Of a DNA stretch of 64,000 nt, positions 58,772 through 64,000 are shown piece by piece; the stretch's first letter is position 1, and the number at the start of each line of letters is the position of its first letter. The translations under genes and the position numbers were made by a program. The notes beneath the pieces were generated by a model, which was not told where the DNA came from, did no database searches, and was given only the letters and a program-made list of their open reading frames with translations. Source of the stretch: an uncultured Acidobacteriota bacterium (GTDB taxonomy: Bacteria > Acidobacteriota > Thermoanaerobaculia > Gp7-AA8); NCBI GenBank assembly GCA_963741955.1, contig CAVUKB010000004.1:641194-705193 (forward strand), in the 5' to 3' direction.

Positions 58772-60040
58772 CTACTGGATCCGGTTCGACCAGGCTGGAG
58801 CGGTATTCGCTCCGTCGAAGGTCAATTGCTTCAGTCCCTCTCCGTCTGCGCCGACCCGGTAAATCTGGTAGCGTCCGCTACGGTTGGAAGTGAACATGAT
58901 CGCCTGACCGTCGGGCGACCAGGTCGGCTGTTCGTTCGAGCCTTCTCCCACGATGATCCGGCTCTGCCGGGTCACCAGATTCATGATCCGGATCTGGAAA
59001 CGGCCATTTACTCTCGATGTGTACGCGAGTTGCTCGCCGTCGGGAGACCAGACCGGATCGTCGTTCCAGTCTCCTTCGAATGAGATCCGGCGCACGTTCG
59101 ACCCCTCGGCGTCCATCACGTAGATCTGAGGTGAACCGCTCCGGCCCGATACGAACGCGATCTGCCGCCCGGTCGGGCTGAACGAAGGCGTCGACTCGAT
59201 CGACCAGTCGGTGGTCAGACGACGGAGATTCGTCCCGTCGTCCTGGACCACGTAGATGTCGGGATTTCCGTTTCTCGAGCCGACGAACGCGATGTCGTGA
59301 CCGTTCGGCGAGAACTTCGGCGCCGTATTGAGATTCAGACTGGTGTCGATCCGGATCCTTCCTCCGCCGCGCCGATTCATCACGTAGAGATTGCTGGTGC
59401 CCTTCCAGAACGACGTGTAGACGAGACGCTCGTCATCCGCCGCCCACGAGGGACTGAGGGTAATCGAGTGATGAAATGTGATCTGCCGCTGGTTCGATCC
59501 GTCGTAGTCCATCAGGAAGAGCTCCTTCTGCCCCGTCCTGTCGGAGACGAACGCGATCTGGGTGAGGAACACGCCGGGTCGCCCGTTGAAGTAGAGAACG
59601 AGATCGTTCGCCACGGTGTGTGCGATCCGGATCACCGACTCGGGGGATCCGCGGTAGCGGCGTCCCATCAGGAGCTTTCCGGCCGAGACGTCGTAGAGGC
59701 GGGCTTCGACGACGTAGTTCGTTCCCTCCTGAGCGACGGACGTCTCGAGCAGCGCCTGCGCTCCGGCTTTCTTAGCGACGGCGGGAGTGGCCGGAATGCC
59801 GGGCGGGAGGGGGATGACGGTGAAGAATCCCGCGTAGAGAACGTCGTGGAGAAGCGTCCGCTCGAAATCCTGGACCGCCGGAGTGGGGACGCCGGTCACG
59901 GTCGGATCGGGGATGGATATGTTGACCGCGGCCGCAGCGCGCGAGCGGTCGATGTCCACATGGACTTCCTGCTGCGCCAGCATCGGAATCGCCGAAGCTG
60001 CGAGAATCATCGAAGCGAATATCGTCGGGAGCCGTTTCAT
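58772..60040 (-). CDS. tolB: Tol-Pal beta-propeller protein TolB
   Basis: PD40 repeats (SPxG..IAFVS.RSG.P.IY); signal peptide. Confidence 0.93.
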   Translation of the reverse strand: MKRLPTIFASMILAASAIPMLAQQEVHVDIDRSRAAAAVNISIPDPTVTGVPTPAVQDFERTLLHDVLYAGFFTVIPLPPGIPATPAVAKKAGAQALLETSVAQEGTNYVVEARLYDVSAGKLLMGRRYRGSPESVIRIAHTVANDLVLYFNGRPGVFLTQIAFVSDRTGQKELFLMDYDGSNQRQITFHHSITLSPSWAADDERLVYTSFWKGTSNLYVMNRRGGGRIRIDTSLNLNTAPKFSPNGHDIAFVGSRNGNPDIYVVQDDGTNLRRLTTDWSIESTPSFSPTGRQIAFVSGRSGSPQIYVMDAEGSNVRRISFEGDWNDDPVWSPDGEQLAYTSRVNGRFQIRIMNLVTRQSRIIVGEGSNEQPTWSPDGQAIMFTSNRSGRYQIYRVGADGEGLKQLTFDGANTAPAWSNRIQ

Positions 60041-60056
60041 TCGTCCTCTGTCCTGA

Positions 60057-60788
60057 TCAATGGAAAGTGAGATGTACGCCGAGCTGATTGCCCGAATAGC
60101 CATAGGGGAGTGGTGGAAGAGGCGAGCTCTCCACCACGCTTCGCAGCGCAGCACGATCGAAGAGAGGATTTCCGCTGCTCTTTTCCACCTGTGCGTCCCG
60201 AATCCTTCCGTCGCGCTCGATCACGAAGTAAACCTGCGCCAGCATCTCCTGTGCCGATGACGGACGGAACCAGTGAGATCCGACCAGCGAGAGCATTCGC
60301 TCGATGTAGATGGTGTAAGGGAAGTCGCCGCCTTCCAGACCGGTCACTCCGGCTTGGCCGATTCCCGGGACCGCGAATCCGGAATCGGCCGCCGGCGATT
60401 CGGAAGCGGATGAAGCCGGCTGTGGCTGGGATGCGGCCGGAGCGGGCTTCTTTTCCGGAGGCGTGTATTCGTGAGGTGACCGGCCGAAGATCGCCTTTTC
60501 ATGGACGGTCTGCTTCTTCGGCTTCTCGACCGGTTTCGGTGGTGGTGCCGGTTTCGCTGCGACTGCCGTCTTCTTCGGCGTGGTCACAGGAGGGCTGCTC
60601 TGTGCAGGCGCGACCGGACGAAGCCGCACCGTCAGCACCGGGCGCAGCGGTTCTTCGGCGACTCGGCCGGAAAGGAGAATTGCGGACGCGAGGGCACCAT
60701 GAAGCAGGAGCGATCCGATCCAGCCGAAACGTGTGGTTCCGTCCAGGCGCCGGCGCTCGGCGAGAACGTCAGCGACCGCGTCGTGCAT
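60057..60788 (-). CDS. TolA/TonB family energy transducer
   Basis: N-terminal TM SLLLH; Pro/Lys-rich linker; C-terminal SSGNPLFDRAALRSV..SSPLPPLP. Confidence 0.88.
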   Translation of the reverse strand: MHDAVADVLAERRRLDGTTRFGWIGSLLLHGALASAILLSGRVAEEPLRPVLTVRLRPVAPAQSSPPVTTPKKTAVAAKPAPPPKPVEKPKKQTVHEKAIFGRSPHEYTPPEKKPAPAASQPQPASSASESPAADSGFAVPGIGQAGVTGLEGGDFPYTIYIERMLSLVGSHWFRPSSAQEMLAQVYFVIERDGRIRDAQVEKSSGNPLFDRAALRSVVESSPLPPLPYGYSGNQLGVHLTFH

Positions 60789-61206
60789 CCTTCCGCTTTC
60801 CCGGTTGCGTGACCATGCCCAACTGCTCGACTCCAGCGTGGTTCATCACGTCCATCACCTGAATCACCCTTCCGTACGGAACGGTCTCGTCGGCCTCGAG
60901 GAGAGCCTTCGTCACCCGGCGGCTCCGGAGGAAGCTGCCGAGAGTGGCCTCGACGTCACCGCTTCCGAGCGCGATTCCGTCCACGTATACCGCGCCGTTC
61001 GCGAGGATCGAGACCTTGGATGGGTTGCTGGTCGCCTGTTCGAGTGCTCGCCCTTCCGCTTCCGGAAGACTGACCGAGAGCCCCTGCGTCAGCATCGGTG
61101 CGGTCACCATGAAGATGATCAGCAGTACGAGCATGACGTCCACCAGAGGTGTGACGTTGATCTCCGAGAGATCACCGAAGTCGTCGTTGTCGATGCGGAA
61201 TCCCAT
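60769..61206 (-). CDS. tolR: TolR/ExbD
   Basis: EINVTPLVDVMLVLLIIFMVTAP. Confidence 0.93.
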   Translation of the reverse strand: MGFRIDNDDFGDLSEINVTPLVDVMLVLLIIFMVTAPMLTQGLSVSLPEAEGRALEQATSNPSKVSILANGAVYVDGIALGSGDVEATLGSFLRSRRVTKALLEADETVPYGRVIQVMDVMNHAGVEQLGMVTQPGKRKDARRGR

Positions 61207-61232
61207 CCAGCCTCCCGAGCGCTCCGCGAGCC

Positions 61233-61901
61233 TCAGGTGAAATTGCGCTCAGTCAGGTTGAGAAACTCGAGCGAGAAGTCTTCCATCTCGCCGCGCGCCC
61301 CGCGAAGTTTCTGGAGAAAATGGTTGTAGCCGAGCAGCGCCGGAATGGCGGCGAACAAGCCGGCTGCGGTGTTGATCAGGGCCTCACTGATTCCCGGAGC
61401 GACGGCGACGATCGACGTGGTGCCGCTCAGGCCGATCGCGCCGAATGCGTCCATGATTCCCCAGACCGTTCCGAACAGTCCGATGAAAGGCGTGGCCGCC
61501 GCAGTCGTGGCGAGAAAGGGGAGACTCCGGCTCAGGCGCGCCTGCTCGATCCGGATCGCCCGCTGAAGCGCACGCTCCACCGCCTCCAGCGATCGTATCT
61601 TCGGTGCGCCACCCTCATTGCGCTCGTGCGTGATCTGCGCCTCGATCTCTGCGTATCCGGCGCGAAAAAGACCCACCAGAGGAGACAGCGGGGCTTGCAC
61701 GGTGGCGGTCTGTACGTCGATCAGTCTCCGGCTCCTGCGGAACACGCCGAGGAAGGAACGGGAGGCGCGATTCGAGCGGCGGAAACGCTCGCCGACGATG
61801 AACATGGAGGCCCAGGAGAGGAGAGAAAAGACGAGCAGCACGAGAAGGACCGACTTGCCCACCCACCCGGAATGCTGGAACGCAGTCAGAAGCTGCTGCA
61901 C
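61233..61901 (-). CDS. tolQ: TolQ/ExbB proton channel
   Basis: PFIGLFGTVWGIM, VAPGISEALINTAAGL; GTG start 7 nt after TGCTAAGGT. Confidence 0.93.
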   Translation of the reverse strand: MQQLLTAFQHSGWVGKSVLLVLLVFSLLSWASMFIVGERFRRSNRASRSFLGVFRRSRRLIDVQTATVQAPLSPLVGLFRAGYAEIEAQITHERNEGGAPKIRSLEAVERALQRAIRIEQARLSRSLPFLATTAAATPFIGLFGTVWGIMDAFGAIGLSGTTSIVAVAPGISEALINTAAGLFAAIPALLGYNHFLQKLRGARGEMEDFSLEFLNLTERNFT

Positions 61902-62097
61902 GGCACCTACCTTAGCACAACGATTTTGTACGTCGAAGTTTAGACGGCGCAGCGAGGGAACGGTTCCGATTCGAGCCTGGGCCACGGACTCTTCCGCTGA
62001 ACCCGGGAGAGGCGAGGTCGAGGCCGATCCTCCTCCGGGTGAGGGCAAACAATTGGCGGATCCGGAAGAGAGGATCTCCCGAGAGGAGCGAAGTAGG

Positions 62098-62146
62098 TGG
62101 TGGCCCCGGCAGGACTCGAACCTGCGACCTTGAGTTTAGGAAACTC
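62098..62146 (-). other. 3' fragment of tRNA-Arg(CCT); attachment site of the integrative element
   Basis: Minus strand GAGTTTCCTAAACTCAAGGTCGCAGGTTCGAGTCCTGCCGGGGCCACCA; no D-arm or 5' acceptor upstream. Confidence 0.85.
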
Positions 62147-62304
62147 GGTGCGGCCCATTTTCCACGGGATACCTATCTGTTCTCGGGCGATCAGAATGCC
62201 GAAAAGGGGGCATTTCGCTCGCGCTCTGGCGATCCCTGGTGTACTCTGGCGTGCATCGAATGTGTCCGCAACGTGTCCCTGCGGATCAACCGAGCGAGGC
62301 GAGC

Positions 62305-63468
62305 ATGGGCAAATCCAGGACCGGGTACGTGTACAAGGATGGATCGGGGCGATGGTGGGCGCGCGTCACCCACTACGACCGCTCGCTACTCGACGAAGCC
62401 GGCAGACCTCGACGCCGGAACTGGAAGCGGCGAGCCAGGACGAAGGGCGAGGCCCGCGAGCTGCTCAGCGAAATGCTCGAGCAACTCGCCGGTGGCCGCC
62501 GCCCAACCGGATCGAGCGACCGGACGGTTTCCGACCTGCACCGCCACTGGTCCGAGGCCTACGCGGTCGCTCCGGTCTTCGAGCACGGGAAAAAGGTCGA
62601 CGGGATGAAGAGTTGGAAATCCGCGCGTATGATCGGCAATCGCGTCTTGCGACTGGCGCCCTGGTTTGGAGCGATGGCTGTGCGGTCCGTAACCGACGGC
62701 ACTCTTCGCAGGGTGCGCCGAGAACTGCTCCAATCCCCAAGGGAGAGAGGCCGCGGCAAACGATCTTACGCGATCGTCAATCGCGAGATGGCGATCGTCC
62801 GTCGGTGGTTCACGATCGCGAAGCGCGAACGGTGGATCTCGACGAACCCGTTCGGAGATGGCGAGCCGCTGATCCGGATGAAGCTCGAGCGTGAGCGCCG
62901 GCGAACGCTGTCCGACGCCGAGGAGCTCCGGCTGTTATCCGTCTGCGCCGGGCGGACTGCGCATTTGAGGCCGATGATAATCGTCGCCGTTGATACCGGC
63001 CTTCGCTGGTCGGAGCAGGCGCGCCTCGAGTGGCGCGACATCGGTTGGGATTCCGGTGAGATCGCGGTCAGGGACACGAAATCCGAAATCGACCGCACGG
63101 TCGGGATGACCGAGCGCGTGGTCGAGGCTCTCCGCGCGATCGAATCCGCGCGGATGGAATCAGGGGACCACGATCAATCCTCCCCGATCTTCCCTCTCGG
63201 AAGCGTAAAGAGTGCATGGTCGACCGTTCGGGGTGCCGCCGGAGTGTCTGACCTTCACTGGCATGACCTGCGGCACACGTGCGGATCGCGACTGGCCGCT
63301 GCCGGCTTCTCGCTGGCTGAGATCGGACGCATCCTCGGCCATAGCCAGCCGAGCACGACATATCGGTATGCGAACGCACTCAGCGATACTGCGCAGCGAT
63401 CTGCCGCTGCTCTCTCCAGGCGGCATTCGAACGCGTCGGAAAATCTGGCGGAGGGAAAGCCCAATTGA
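62305..63468 (+). CDS. Tyrosine recombinase / phage integrase
   Basis: TGLRWSE (R), RDTKS (K), HDLRH, LGHS, TYRYA (Y). Confidence 0.95.
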   Translation: MGKSRTGYVYKDGSGRWWARVTHYDRSLLDEAGRPRRRNWKRRARTKGEARELLSEMLEQLAGGRRPTGSSDRTVSDLHRHWSEAYAVAPVFEHGKKVDGMKSWKSARMIGNRVLRLAPWFGAMAVRSVTDGTLRRVRRELLQSPRERGRGKRSYAIVNREMAIVRRWFTIAKRERWISTNPFGDGEPLIRMKLERERRRTLSDAEELRLLSVCAGRTAHLRPMIIVAVDTGLRWSEQARLEWRDIGWDSGEIAVRDTKSEIDRTVGMTERVVEALRAIESARMESGDHDQSSPIFPLGSVKSAWSTVRGAAGVSDLHWHDLRHTCGSRLAAAGFSLAEIGRILGHSQPSTTYRYANALSDTAQRSAAALSRRHSNASENLAEGKPN

Positions 63469-63561
63469 TCTTGACCGAACTGATGCGATCTGAGAGATTC
63501 GTATCGGCCGCACGGGAAGAGCGAACCCTTACGACCGAAATCTACCTCACTGGAGCAAGGC

Positions 63562-63771
63562 ATGAGCGAAGAGTATTGCAGGTGCGCGACCTCACGAAAC
63601 GTCTGCGAGCGGCACGCGGCCGAACGAATCGGTGTCTCGGAAATGACGCTGCGCCGAGCCAGGGCGTCCCGGAGTATCGAATTCATGCGTGTAGGTACGC
63701 GCATCCTCTACACGCCGGAGGCGATCGAGGATTTCGAGTCTCGTCACACCGTTGCGAAGCGCACCGCATGA
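63562..63771 (+). CDS. Excisionase-like helix-turn-helix protein
   Basis: AAERIGVSEMTLRR...RVGTRILYTPEAIEDF; GGAG RBS. Confidence 0.8.
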   Translation: MSEEYCRCATSRNVCERHAAERIGVSEMTLRRARASRSIEFMRVGTRILYTPEAIEDFESRHTVAKRTA

Positions 63772-64000
63772 GGCGATACCTCCAGCGCGCTGAGCTCGAG
63801 CGGTTCGTCCGATTGGAATGGAGCCCAGACTCTGGATACGCGATGCACTGCGAGTTGTGCGAGAAGCCGCTCGCATCCCTCTCCAGCGCGATGCGGCATC
63901 TCGAGAGGCGCCACGAACTGGTGCAGGCCCAAAACAAGAGGCCGGAGGCGGCGCTGATCGGCGCGACGGCGCGCCCGACTCCAAAGACGGATCCAAGCGA
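63768..64000 (+). CDS. Partial ORF with C2H2 zinc-finger motif
   Basis: Not in the ORF track. ATGA overlap with the HTH gene; translates MRRYLQRAELERFVRLEWSPDSGYAMHCELCEKPLASLSSAMRHLERRH... Confidence 0.6.
   Translation, partial: MRRYLQRAELERFVRLEWSPDSGYAMHCELCEKPLASLSSAMRHLERRHELVQAQNKRPEAALIGATARPTPKTDPS

Larger units (their letters stand above)
62098..64000. mobile_element. Left end of an integrative element (prophage, satellite or island); continues beyond the window
   Basis: att fragment followed by integrase, excisionase-like HTH gene and a coupled ORF. Confidence 0.85.

Noticed and set aside
62098-62175. Complete tRNA-Arg gene
   Set aside because: The 5' acceptor strand and D-arm are missing; only the att fragment is present.

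Overview
GC-rich chromosomal window from a diderm bacterium. Gene style suggests Acidobacteriota, possibly Thermoanaerobaculia (inference). Housekeeping content: Kgd-type sucA, trxC, deoC plus two aldehyde dehydrogenases, metG, rfbC, tRNA-Asp, alpha-2-macroglobulin/pbpC, ssb, dtd, leuS-lptE, rpsT and the tolQR-tonB/tolA-tolB-pal-cpoB operon. Accessory content: a 5'-truncated Rhs toxin/immunity pair with an attC-like hairpin; a ~13 kb Cu/Ag efflux (CusCBA-like) island with a CsoR-type operator; an MntA/HepT toxin-antitoxin pair split by a MITE; and the left end of an integrative element at a tRNA-Arg(CCT) 3' fragment. Most striking: (1) a 1803-bp IS4-superfamily element with an AbrB-like ORF and an A9 tract that has duplicated an entire 27-bp hairpin target inside a ~243-bp repeat array; (2) a 23-copy 86-bp satellite with shuffled alleles where holA usually lies; (3) a 26-bp perfect inverted repeat giving divergent metG and rfbC identical extended -10 promoters; (4) a C2H2 zinc-finger ORF in the integrative element.
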